This document shows positions 1 to 11,625 of a stretch of 64,000 nucleotides of DNA, piece after piece (the first letter of the stretch is position 1; each line of letters begins with the position of its first letter). The notes under the pieces are model-generated. The model searched no databases. It was not told where the DNA came from and saw nothing but the letters and a program-made list of their open reading frames with translations. The DNA comes from Takakia lepidozioides (Eukaryota > Plantae > Bryophyta). The stretch is taken from positions 86,614,001-86,678,000 of the forward strand of contig CM060731.1 of the NCBI GenBank assembly GCA_030704615.1. The letters run 5' to 3'. Made by a program: the position numbers and the translations under genes.

Positions 1-1737
1 GGAAGCAGAGCGGCAGTTGGCCATGCTGGTTCAGAATGGGTTCCAACCGCGGAAGAGGCACCCACGCTGAAGAGTCTTTCTGTCTGGGTGGACAGTTTCC
101 GCATCAAGTACTGGAAGGATTTGTTCTGGTATGAGATGAAGGATGGGCCTGCCCAAAGTTGGCTGATTACCGAGCAGCCAGGTGGATCTTTACCAGCTCG
201 CAGGCTGGTATACAGGTACATTATTATCATTGCAATTCCTTGGCTGGCTTCGCATATGTCACACAGCAAATGGCGCATAGGCACTAGCGGGCGAACTAAC
301 ATGTGTAGCAAATGCACGTTATAGTCGGCAGACATTCCAATAGTCGGCAATCTTGTTCTTTAGACAAGTGGTCGGCGCCGACTACTGCCGTCTGGAAGGT
401 GCCGATAGACATGGTAGTCATAGTTGGCAACGACTATAGGGTGCACGTTATAGTCGGCATACATTCCAGTAGTCGGCAGTCTTGTTCATTAGTCAAATGG
501 TCGGCGCCGACTACAGGACTCGGACATGGTAGTCATAGTCGGCAACGACTATAGGGTGGGGCTGGGGTAGCCATGCGGTATAGTCGACAACGACTTTCGG
601 AAAGGGCCCCGGACAGAGCCCGGCTAACCCACAGTTGGGAGTCGTAGTCGCCACCGACTATGACACAAACTTTGGCCTATTGGGTGTCATAGTCGCTGCC
701 GACTATTCCATCTGGGAAGGGAGTACGGCCCAGACATTTGATAGTTTTCTCCATGTCATGGTAATCAGGGCCAATGTCCGTCCTCACGTCAAGTTTTGGT
801 GCACTGGAACAGGTACATAAACTTTATTTGCTCGCCAGCAAACATATCAGGTGTATGCCAGCCAGTGACACACAGTGGGCCAGCCTCCGTTCAGACTGCA
901 CAATGTACAACGGGAGGCGGTTAGGCGAGTATGTGAAATTCACGCATATGCCCTGCTACTGGTGGCTGGACTTGCCACCCGATGTCATTCCTGACAAAGA
1001 AGTGGATTTGTACAAGAAATACACCAAGAACGAGCTGCCCGCACCCACACACATGGAGCCATTGACGTAGGAAGGTGCCGAGGAGGCTGCAGTCGTCGCT
1101 GCCGTACACCTTAAGCAAGCCAATACAGCCCTGGAAGCAGCGGTGGCCAAGAAGAAACCCAGGAAAAAAAAACATAAACATAAACAGAAGAAGACAGCCA
1201 CCACAGGGCAGGAAACCCCCCCCCCCCCCCCCCGGTACAAGGCCTGTAGGCAACATAGGTGTGGAGGGTGTGGATGAGACAGATGGTGCTCACAGGGAAG
1301 ACAACCCACTGGCGTTTACTGAAGCCCTACAAACCTCCAGTTTGAGCGAAGGAATCGATCTGCTCGAAACCCATGGGCAAACACAAGTGACGGGAGGGGC
1401 ATGCAGCTGACAACCGTCCAATGGACCGTGGTGAGTCCCAAGACTCCCCACGACTCCCACCACAAGGCCTCAGCCTCATGGTGAGTCCTATGCCACCCCC
1501 ACTATGACTCCTTATGCTACCACCACCCCTCGTGGAGCCCAGACCACCGCCACCCGGTTTGCGGGGCTCCACCTAGTGAGCGTCACCGCCTCCTTGAGTG
1601 CCTTCGGCACTCAAGGGTGCTTCAGCCCCCTTTCTGATTTGCTGCCGCTGCCCCCACCACAGGGGCAGCCCCTCTTGTGTCCCAACCCCCCGCCCTCAAG
1701 GCAAATGGCCGCGACAAGTTGGCGGATCTCTGGTTAG
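1..1737 (+). pseudogene. 3' exons of a transposon accessory gene, paralog of the ParB-like gene at 30400-34602
   Basis: Exon 1-215 (..KSLSVWVDSFRIKYWKDLFWYEMKD..TEQPGGSLPARRLVYR, donor TACAG|GTACAT) aligns with 32900-33056 (..ESLRDYVRRYFLLYKTNLFFREMAD..TDQPNADKATMRLLYR, same donor). Downstream, RANVRPHVKFW matches RPTHIRPNLGKW and CYWWLDLPPD matches CPWYVDLPPG. There is an in-frame stop at 1068-1070 and a K-rich then P-rich tail. Confidence 0.65.
320..705. repeat. Intronic array of imperfect palindromes TAGTCGGCAACGACTA / GTCGGCGCCGAC
   Basis: About ten copies lie in intron 216-768, including a near-duplicated unit of about 130 bp (313-440 vs 443-555). Confidence 0.8.
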
Positions 1738-2912
1738 TTGGAATCCTTATAGTCTGTGCCGACTACAAAATGGATGACCTTTTGGATGAACATAATAACT
1801 TTACCTGTGTGCTCACATGAGCTCATGGTTCAACTCACACTTATTGGCAATCCGTTTAATATGACTTCATTCAGTTTCAGTATACAGTGTCTTGCATTTT
1901 TATTGAGAATTCGGAAAACAATCCAGTCAGTTGACTCTGGAAGCACATGTCCATAGTTAACACCTGTGGACTCCCTATCCATCTCATTTCATTCAATTCT
2001 ATAAAGTCGGTGCAGACTTCACGAGATGGACGTGAAGGATAAACGTTCTTGCCAGTCGCATTTCCGAACACACCAAATATATTGCCAATTGGATTATCTT
2101 GCTGACATGGCCAAAATAACCTGCACCAAAAAAATGTATTCGAACTTTATGTTCCCATGGGTTAACACTTTATTGTTTGAAGCACAGATGTAATGACAGC
2201 ATGATCATCTTGCTCAAATCATTAAAGTCGTGCCGACTATAGGGTCTGGGGCCTACACTAGTCACAAGATATGTCTTCTGCACTCGAAAAGTGATTCAAA
2301 TGTTCCAGTTTTGGGATGAAATCTACCTTCATCATAAGAACACAGAGGCCTTGCGATTGCTTAAAAAGACCTGTCCCTGGACTTGCACAGGTGACATTAT
2401 CTTATTAGAGATCTTCGTTTCGGGCTTCATGATGTTCGACAGAATTGGAATTACACCTTTGTTGGTCCATGCATTTGCGTTATGATATCCTTAAAGTCGT
2501 TGCCGACTATCTGTATTGTCTCAAATTTCGATGACGGCTGAGAGGGCATGTCCCTTGACCTGAACGCATGTGTAAATTCATCGTCTTCTTCATTTTTGAA
2601 AGTCGGTGCGGACCATACTGTGTGGGGGCTCAAGAACCGAAATTCCCGTTCATGTATCCTTAAAGTCGTTGCCAACTTTAAGGTTAACGAGCAAACACGA
2701 AATGACATGGCCAACCACTTTCAAACTGACAAGAAGAGCCAAAGCACAACACGTCATACAAAATTTGGAAAGCCAAAGTACAACACGTCAAAGAGGTAGA
2801 ATTGGTTTTTATTCCTGATAGTCGTTGCCAATTTCAATCTATATAGCCTCGTTAAGCCACTGGTGTGTCATGAAGGACATATCAGTTTTCTTTCTGCAAT
2901 GTCTACAATATC

Positions 2913-3461
2913 TCAGATCCTATGGCGGCAAACATGGCATGACCCGTTTCGCTGTAGCCACCCTTCAATGCATGGAGTGTGAAAGGAATGGCCGCACTCA
3001 CTCAGAATGCGGACGGACTCTCCCTCTGCTGGACAGTCTTGGCAAACGGTGTAGCGTTTGTATAGTGCAGGATATGTTTCTCCCACGATAACAAACTTCA
3101 GAGATTGTACTTGAATGATTTCCATGCTTACCCCTGTCCATTGCAAATTCTCCTCTGCATGAACCTCCATCTCCTCACCTTCCCCATCAATCTCCATCTG
3201 CTCAGCTTCATTATGACCCTCGTCGTCGTCAGAATCCCTAGTGTAGTCCCCTGCTGAAGGGCCGTTCCCATTCTCAGTCTGTTGAAGCAACATTGTTTGC
3301 TCATGTTCGTGCCTCGCAATGCACTCGGCGATATCATCCAGAAATGGAGTCCACCATGACGTCGATGGAGGCCTGTCCTCCCCATCGCCTTGGACACCAC
3401 GATTGCTGGCGCCTGCATTGGAAGAGCTCACGTCCATCTTAGCTAAACACAGACTATTCAA
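2913..3461 (-). CDS. RING-H2 finger protein (ATL-like), probably degenerate transposon cargo
   Basis: The C-terminus YTVCQDCPAEGESVRILSECGHSFHTPCIEGWLQRNGSCHVCR has RING-H2 spacing with the first Cys replaced by Tyr. An acidic N-terminal region precedes it. Confidence 0.75.
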   Translation of the reverse strand: MNSLCLAKMDVSSSNAGASNRGVQGDGEDRPPSTSWWTPFLDDIAECIARHEHEQTMLLQQTENGNGPSAGDYTRDSDDDEGHNEAEQMEIDGEGEEMEVHAEENLQWTGVSMEIIQVQSLKFVIVGETYPALYKRYTVCQDCPAEGESVRILSECGHSFHTPCIEGWLQRNGSCHVCRHRI

Positions 3462-4904
3462 AACAAAGTGGATTGAAAGATAAAGTGGCCGTCAACAGTG
3501 TGGTTGTAGTCGTTGCAAACTACAAGTAGCCAGCCAGCCTAAATCACTGCTGTGAGTGACAAACCTAGCAGGCGTCGAACAGCAGCCCCTCTATTGAAAG
3601 ACAAAATGGCCATCAACAATGTGGTTGTAGTCGTTGCAAGTAGCCAGCGAGCCTAAATCGCTGCTGTGAGTGACAAAACCTGGTAGGCGTCGAACAGCAG
3701 CCCCTCTATTATTTTGGAGCTTCCAGTTGTTTCGAAATACGTTTTTTATTATCGCTGTACATACCATTCCACCGTCCACCTTCCACTTGGCCGATACTTT
3801 TTCCTCCTTTTCATTTTTATTCGTTTACACTTTCAATTTGATCGTGGCACATGCCACGCGAATCTTCTGTCCATATTTGCAATGGATGACATCCCCTAGA
3901 TGATCAGTTTCATGGTCTTTAGGTCTGGAGTTCAACTTCTTGTGCATGCCATAAATGAGGATGCCTGCATGCCACTCGGGTGATTCAGGGCTCAAATCTC
4001 ATACCGCCATATTTATTAATTAACACTATGCGATCTTCCAGATTTAAACTATCTACTCATAATAACTAGAGGTCAGGCCTTGCATGAATTGCATACATTT
4101 GTTGATTACGGTACCTATTCCCGTGGCCTTACTACCGCGCCCCTATTCTCGCGGCTATGTGCCCCCAAACCTCTTTGACAGTCTATAATCGGCAACGACT
4201 ATATAGGTTCGGCAACTGCCAAACCTACTTTTTGTGTAACCGAACCTAGGGTATGGGGCCTTAGTGATGGTGCACCTGCCCATTTTCAACTTCAAAAGCT
4301 GTCAGAATTACGGTGGGAAAGCCTAAATTTGAGGAATATTCCCTAGAATTTCCTCTGCTCATGCTAATCTGTGCTCATGCTCACCGCCCATGCAAAGTAC
4401 ACACCCAATAAAAGGTGGTCACTCTTAAAAGTGTCGTTCTTTTCTTATCCTAAAAAAAGAAAAACAAATGTTGGGCCTTCCTAGACCCATGGTTCTCCTC
4501 TCTCAACAGGTCGTATCTGTCGGTCATGGATGACACCTTCGTTCACCATAGGTGCCAACAAATGTTGCCCTAAGCCCCACGACTTTCATCGGAAATACGT
4601 CTCCTCGTTTTGTCTTACACTTGATTCTTAATCCACCTTCGTCAATCAAAGGTGGTCACTCTTACAAGTGTTGGATCTTTTTTCAAAAAGCAATTGTTGG
4701 TTCTTTCCAGTTTTAGCTAATCTCTTCTTTCCTTCCACCTTCGGCATCCAATGGTCCCATTTCATTTTGTATCATTCACTTTCATTAATCCAATCTCATT
4801 TTTATGAGCAGCCCGTGAAAAAAAAAATTGTGGACACGTGGCCGTTTGTAAAGAAGACATGTCATTCCAATGACTGATGACCGATCAATGGTGGATGATA
4901 GAAT

Positions 4905-5586
4905 AGCAAGGCCCCTTCATACACTGCACGAAACTCCTCCATATTGTTTACCACCACCTGCATTCAGCACTCCCAAGCACTCAATCATACAAGGCTTTGC
5001 TTCACTCATAAAGTACAGGCAGTGGAAGAGCAATGAATGATCTAAATGCCTGGTTGTATGCTTACACAATAGGGACAAAGCACAAAAGCTTGTGCATCTG
5101 AGATATAGGTTCTCCCTCAGAGTCTAATTGGCAATGTTAAAGAAGCAAGTGGCCGATTCAAGTAGAATAGAAGAGAAAAGGCTTGCCTCAACAAGTCCTC
5201 GCAACTGCACACGTCTACTGCTGTCTGCAAGAACCAGAACTTCTGCCACCTTGGGCTCCAACAGATCATAGCAACGATCCATGTACACCTCATAGTAAGA
5301 TACTGTCACTTTGCTCGATGTATGTTAAGTCACAGCCAAAATATTCTTCAGTGTGATTGACATTAGACTTGGTTGTGTCTCAGTGCTCTGCACACCACGC
5401 TCAATTTGGTAGTCATGATATAGCAGGTTATGGATAAACTTTCACGTAAACTGTTTCCTCTACAATTTAACCATGAAACATACATTTGAAACAAAAGTCT
5501 CGTGGCATCATGAACAAGAGACAAATAAACCTGCATGGTGTGGGTCTTCCCACTTCCAGTGGCCCCATAAGCAAATACAGTAGCAC
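4905..5586 (-). pseudogene. Kinesin motor fragment (kinesin-10 / KIN10B-like), 3 exons
   Basis: Exon 5586-5531 reads ATVFAYGATGSGKTHTMQ (P-loop). Exon 5387-5187 reads ..VTVSYYEVYMDRCYDLLEPK..VQLRGL with an in-frame TAA upstream. An exon from 4957 reads VVVNNMEEFRAVYEG. The 5' side is cut by an LTR. Confidence 0.85.
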
Positions 5587-6970
5587 TGTACACCGCAATG
5601 GTCCACGGTTTGGACCGCTACGCGTGGATCTGCGTCCCGCCACGTGGGGGGTTGTTTTACCCAGCGGGCAATGCGTCTGCAAATTCCCATAAATGGGGGT
5701 ATTCTTACCTTTAGCTATTAGATTCAATTTAGACCCCTCTAAGGGTGAGGAGCCATTATCTAAGGCGCCAGAGGTAGATCAAATCTAGGATTTTGGGAGG
5801 ATGTAGCCTTGGAGGGGAGCGTTCTTATGATTCCAAGAGAGAGCCGAGCGGATCTGTGAGCTGTGAGCTAGAGGCGGAGACCTTGAGAGACAAGGGAGGA
5901 AAGAAAGTACTCTGTCCTAAAAACTCGGCTACAGTGAGCTATTGTGTCAGAGCCCAAGGTAGGGGATGACTTTTTCCACGGAGGGAAAGTGCACCAGCGC
6001 CTTAAAATAATGTAAAGGGGTGAAATCTGGCTTGGACCCACCAATGTTTATTTTATTTTTTACGCATGCATGTTCTGTACTAACGAATGTAGTGGCAGGG
6101 ATGAATTCTCAGCGAGATTCATTCATCCGATAGGGCCGCGGCAGTTCCTCGCGGCAGGGAACGGTTCCCGGACATTCCTCGGTTCTCACTGGGTTCCCAC
6201 GAGGTTCCTGATGGCATTTCTAGGCGCCAAGGGCACCCCACATGATTTCCCATATGGGAGGTATTTTTTTGGATTTACTTAATTTCTTTTATTTTACAGC
6301 ATTTCTGATGTGCAAAATTGCTTAAATAGGATAGATGCACGTGGTGTAAGTTATAGCCTGAGGGGCGTTTATTAAACTGATTGAACTTATTGATTGAAGG
6401 GGCTTAGAGCCACCTTATTGAACTTGGTGAACCTATTGGATTATGATAGGTATTTTGGCCACTCCGTTGCTAAAACAAAGTATTTTAGACACTGGGGTAG
6501 GGAGCGTTGGCCCTTCCATCAGAGGTGACTTAAACTCAAGCACTCGGTGAATGAGGGGCATTGGGAGAGGAAGATTTTCCCTCTTCTTCCTAGGCTCGGC
6601 AGGTGCCTTGTGAAGGGATTAAAACATATTCCGGCTATAGGCGGCTCGGGGGCCTAGGTGGTAGGAATTAGACAACAAAACAAAAAACTTGGAAGGCAAT
6701 TACTGAGTAGATTGTAGAATATCGTAGGACTTAGAAACGCAAACTCGCCCTGTGAAGAGGAGTACATAACTTCTCTTTGCCGGTAGGACTTAGATAGTGA
6801 TCATAGCCATCATGTACGACCACGGACCCCCTGCACTAACCGCAGTCGGGTAGGTGGTTCAATGAGCCCAACCTACACCGCAACTTACCACGACCCCCCC
6901 TAGCTAATATGCCGTCACCCTGACCGCGCGCGCTCAGGGCTCGTCATATAAATGGTACGTCTGCCGGGAG
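5587..6970 (+). mobile_element. LTR (about 5587-6946) plus primer-binding site of an LTR retrotransposon
   Basis: It starts TGTACA exactly where kinesin homology stops and ends ..CGTCA. TGGTACGTCTGCCGGGAG (6953-6970) follows, near-complementary to the 3' end of plant tRNA-Gly(TCC) as recalled. Confidence 0.6.
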
Positions 6971-7304
6971 GTAAGTGAATAGTCAAGACTTCTCCAATTG
7001 TTATGGACGAACTAACAATATGTGTTCTCGTCCTGATTTGTTCCTATGCAATATTTTACTGTTTATTCATGATCTTACTCCATCAGGTGGAGATTGAGAA
7101 ACCCCATGCACATGAAGACTAGAAGCTCTTGCATGAGGGTGTTTGGATCAGTGTTCATTGAAATTACTAACGCCATGGCAATCATGAAGCTGCGGCATGG
7201 CCACCGGTCATATGGAAGCCCATCGTTTTTACTTGTCATTTGAGGCACGCGTGGTGGGTCTTTATCGTGTCATTTCCGGCACTTGTGCACGCAAAACACC
7301 GTCC

Positions 7305-7700
7305 AACAAGTCCCAGAGTAATACCACATCAAACGGAATTCATCCAACGGTTGAATGGATGGTTGCCCATCCAAATCATTTTTGTTTGCTTTCAAACTTT
7401 GTCAGTACGTTCGGTACACCCTCTCACAAGTCCCGGACTAATATGAGATTAATCGAAATTCATTCAATGGCTGAACGGATGGTTGCCCATCCAAACGATT
7501 TTGGTCCGCTTTCAGACTTTGCCAGTGTGCTCAATGTACCATCTAAGATGTCCCAGAGTAATATGAGATGAAACAAAATTCGTCCAGTGGGCCAACGGAT
7601 GATTGCCCATCCAAATGATTTTCGTTCGCTTCGAGACTTGGCCAGTATGTCCAATATACCATCTGACAGGTCCCAAAGTAATATGAGATCAATCGAAATT
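7305..7700. repeat. About 120-bp tandem repeat, about 3.3 copies
   Basis: CCCATCCAAA recurs at about 7366, 7486 and 7606 with conserved flanks (GTCCCAGAGTAATAT..). Confidence 0.8.
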
Positions 7701-9540
7701 ATATTGTGCTTCGTTAACTTTGTGGGTATGTTCTTCATACGTAGATCGAATTTTCGACATGATTATGAACGAGACTAGACGAAATTTGTCACGAAGATGA
7801 GCGTTCGTAACTCGTTATAACTTATTGGTTAACATCCATTTTCCTTGTTGCCCATCTTTCGGAGTTCATTGCAGATACCCACATACACGTCATGACCAAA
7901 TATTACACCATTGTAATTTTGAGGGTGAACCACTTATTCCCCATCACATGAGTGCAAAACCGGAAGAAAACGCGTTACGCTGCTCATGCAATTGAAATTT
8001 GCAGGTGCCGCACATGTATATTAACAAAATTGGTGCATATACAAAATTGGCGGAGTGCTATCAGTGTGTTCCATAAATTCAAGGTACAACAAAATCCACA
8101 TTGTCTATGTACTACGTTGCTACTCATTCGAATCCTCGTCGTCACTATTCGGGGACAAGGGATGTGATGTTGTGGCCTGATTTGCACTGCCAATACGGAG
8201 AGCCTATGACCGTGATCTCGTGGTCAATGAGGGGCCCAATGACATGTGATCAATTCTGGCCAGCATCCGCTTACTTTGCGGCAAAAGTTAACTTTCTTGC
8301 AGAATCTCACGACGTGGTGACGGTCAAGGACGTCTGTAATTCCGGCAATGATGCGGTTAATACTGTAATCTGGCATTGTAAACTCCGCAGACATGTCCAC
8401 GTCGTTTGTTCGAACGTCATTGTGGACAGTGCCTTCATTGTTTCGAGGCGTGTTTTGCAATGTATCCTCCAACTCGGCTGTGCGCAGTCTTTGTCATTCC
8501 ACAAGGTCCTACAGGGTTCGGACTCGATGTTTTGTTTCCACCAGTTCATCCTCTAACGTTCTAGATACTTGTTACACCGGTGCCTCGCGCACGCCCAGTA
8601 TCGCAGCGGGGGGTATTCCAAACGTGTTCGGGATATCGACGAAATAGTATTGCATCGTTGCGTTCCTCATACTAGCAGTTTGCCAATTCACTGGACGCAA
8701 CAGTATCACCTCCACGTACAACATAACTGCCAAGGTATACGGGATTTAGCCCTTTAAGAGTGGTTCACCCCACAATGTGCAATGCACCTCAGTCGCCATA
8801 TGTTGGAAATGCAAGTTCATGCAAGACTTGGAGTCCGCGCAATTGTTTCTGGTTTGCATCACATGCCTAGGTCTAGGCCACAATCGATTGATGTGACCAC
8901 ATTTCACGAATTTTTTGCATCTCGTACTCGGCCACCTGAACTCTTCCGAAAAATCCTCTCATCCCTCTTCTGCTAGTATGCTAGGGTCATCATATACTTC
9001 CCAATTCAAGTCATGTCTTGACCATTTGATTTTTTTAGGGGGCGGTCCTTGTTCATAGGGGTCATCTCTTCCATGACGCTCATCGTCATGTCCTTCTGCC
9101 ATTTTGTAATAATCGGAGCAACCCTAAACGACGTTTACTAATAAGTAACGGAAAGTTAAACACTACTGAAGCAAACGTGGAAATGGCTAAGAACTAAGGA
9201 ACTACGATCTCGATCGAAAAATTACAATTGACCCTAAACCCTTAACACGAAACGGGTTTAAATAAGTGTCATAATAGTTATTAAAAGCTAATTTTGTAGA
9301 ATGAAATGTTCCCGGAAGCCAGAGGAGAAGCTATAGGAGTATTCTGCAACAACTTCACAGAAATCGCAGCAAAAAAAACCCCCCCCAACCAATGGTCTCC
9401 TTCTCCATGTGATTATGTGTCGTGAAATAGTTACATGTCACGCACACATAAGTTGTGTGGAGAAGAAGTGATGGGAGAATGAGCCTCCTTTGGCTTATCT
9501 CCCCCCCCCCCCTCTCATTCCGCGGTCCACGCATAAGGCA

Positions 9541-10915
9541 CACCTTCTAGAAGCGACCGCCACCATGGCGGTCGCTACATTTAAAAAACAACAACAAAAA
9601 AGCAACTGCCAGTAATGCCGGTCGCTCTATTTAAAAAATTAAACAATAAAAGCGACCGCCAGTAACGGCGGTCGCTCAATTAAAAATAAATAAAAACAAC
9701 CGCCATTACTGGCGGTCACAGCATTTTCAGAAATTAAAAATATACAAGCAACCGCCAGTAATGGCCGTCGCTCTATTTTTGATTTTTAAAAAAAATGCGA
9801 CCGCCATTACTGGCGGTCGCTGCATTTTCAGACATTAAAAATATACAAGTGACCGCCAGTAATGGCGGTCGGTCTATTTTTTATTTCCTTTTAAGTGACT
9901 GCCAATAATGGCAGTCGCTCTATTTTTAAAAATAAAAAATAAAAGCGACCGCCATTACTGGCGGTCGCTGCATTTTCAAAAATTAAAAATATACAAGCGA
10001 CCGCCAGTAATGGTGGTCGCTCTATTTTTAAATAAATAAATAAAAATGCGACCTCCATTATTGGCGGTCGCTGTTCCGGGTTCTGTTTGCTCCTCCGAGG
10101 CCACCCTAAGACTTCCATTTCATCGTCGATAATAAACCGTCGCAATTATTTTCTGAAATTAAAAATATATATTGAATATTTTTAAATATTTTTAAATATT
10201 TTTAAATATTTTTAAAATAAAGCGACCGCCATATTATGGCAGTCGCTGTTTTTTTTTAAACGTATTTGAATTAAAAGCGACCGCCATATTATGGCGGTCG
10301 CTGGTTTTTTATATATATATTTAAAATAAAGCGACCGCCATATGGCCACCATGAGCCACCATAAAATATAGGTTTTTTTTTTAATGTATATTTTCCCTAA
10401 ATAAAGCGACCGCCATATTATGGCGGTCGCTGGTTTTTTTATTTTATTTGTAAAATAAAACGTCCGCCATATTATGGCGGTCGCTTATTTTTTATATATT
10501 ATTGAAATTAAGCGACCGCCAATTCTGGCGGTAGCTTGTTTTTTATATATTTTTTCAAAATTATGCGACCGTCAATACGGAGGTCGTTATTTTATTTTAT
10601 TTAATAGACGACCGCCAATGCAACCGCCAATTTTATTTTTTTTATAATAAAAAATTAAGCTAACGTCATGTTGGCGGTCGCTCTTATTTCTAAAATTCCG
10701 AAATATAAAGCGACCGCCAGAATTGGCGGTTGCTTTTAATTTATTATTTTCCAAAATATATTTGCCACTGCCACCGTGTTGGTGACATAGCTGCTTAAGT
10801 GGCAATATATTATCTGGTACTTTTTTTACTAGAAACCTGACGTGACGGAGGTCTCGTCAGCGTCAGGTCTGACGTGACCTGACGCTGACGGACGGACGTG
10901 ACGCTGATAACCGGG
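9541..10915. mobile_element. Non-coding derivative of the hAT family at 35924-39158
   Basis: It has dense GCGACCGCC/GGCGGTCGC motifs in AT-rich spacers. The last 80 bp or so (CCTGACGT..GACGCTGATAACCGGG) are nearly identical to 39079-39158. The left end was not identified. Confidence 0.75.
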
Positions 10916-11543
10916 CTAGTACCAGTCTGGTATGTCAAAATGTACATACCAGTACAACACTGGTGGGTACTTTGATGTAGGCCTAACAGTTTTCAGTAAC
11001 CACACTAATCACTGATGTTCTTGTGCACAAGTAACAGTGATAAATTGACTGATGTGGTCCATATCCTGTAGATGGACATTTCTTTATCTCTGACATTGAG
11101 TGCTAGTTTCGATTCAGACTCTTGGGGAGGTATGTATAGAGAACAAGTTGCAATACAGAGCTTTTCAAATCAAATCAAGTGATCTAATAGTGCAGTTCAT
11201 CACTCTTTAAATCGGTCGTAATACATGTCCAGGAGGACTGTGGAGAGAATGCTTCGAGATTGACATGAGCCTGCATGTATAAAGGCTCTCAGAATCAAGC
11301 GTTAATTTGAGATCAGGAATTAGGGAGGGGTAAAGAATATTGCACTATTGAGGTCAAGATGATATCAACGTCTTAGTCAAAAGGGGTGCTAGGTTTCTAC
11401 CGTGGAGTTTCTTTTGCGTTCAAAGATTTCACAGCTACCTACCTGAAAAATCAAGGTACCAGCTACCTGATTTTACAAAGTACTGGATAGCTCGAGTCGG
11501 GCCTACGTGCGCTACATACGGTAGCTGCCCCGCGTGGCGCTTA

Positions 11544-11625
11544 GCTACTGGGGGTATCCTATTCCTACTTGCCCTCGACCCTGCGGGTCTCGGAGCGCAG
11601 GTAGGAACAGGATACCCCCAGTAGC
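11544..11625. other. Near-perfect hairpin
   Basis: GCTACTGGGGGTATCCTATTCCTAC pairs with GTAGGAACAGGATACCCCCAGTAGC (24/25), with further pairing toward a GACCC-TGC-GGGTC tip. Confidence 0.8.

Larger units (their letters stand above)
1..4406. mobile_element. Right part of a MULE-like DNA transposon (family 1), related to the element at 23110-34602
   Basis: It carries a homolog of the accessory gene of the 23110-34602 element. GTCG-N4-CGAC motifs recur from about 320 to 4200. It ends at 4406 in a terminus whose reverse complement, GGGTGTGTACTTTGCATGGGCGGTGAGCATGAGC, resembles the 23110 terminus GAGGTTTGCTATTTCATGAGCATGAGCGGCATGAGC. Confidence 0.6.

Noticed and set aside
1-1737. DNA methyltransferase fused to the ParB-like protein
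   Set aside because: No FxGxG or DPPY/SPPY-type motif is visible in the available 3' exons of either family. The family-2 copy is truncated, so a fusion is not excluded elsewhere.
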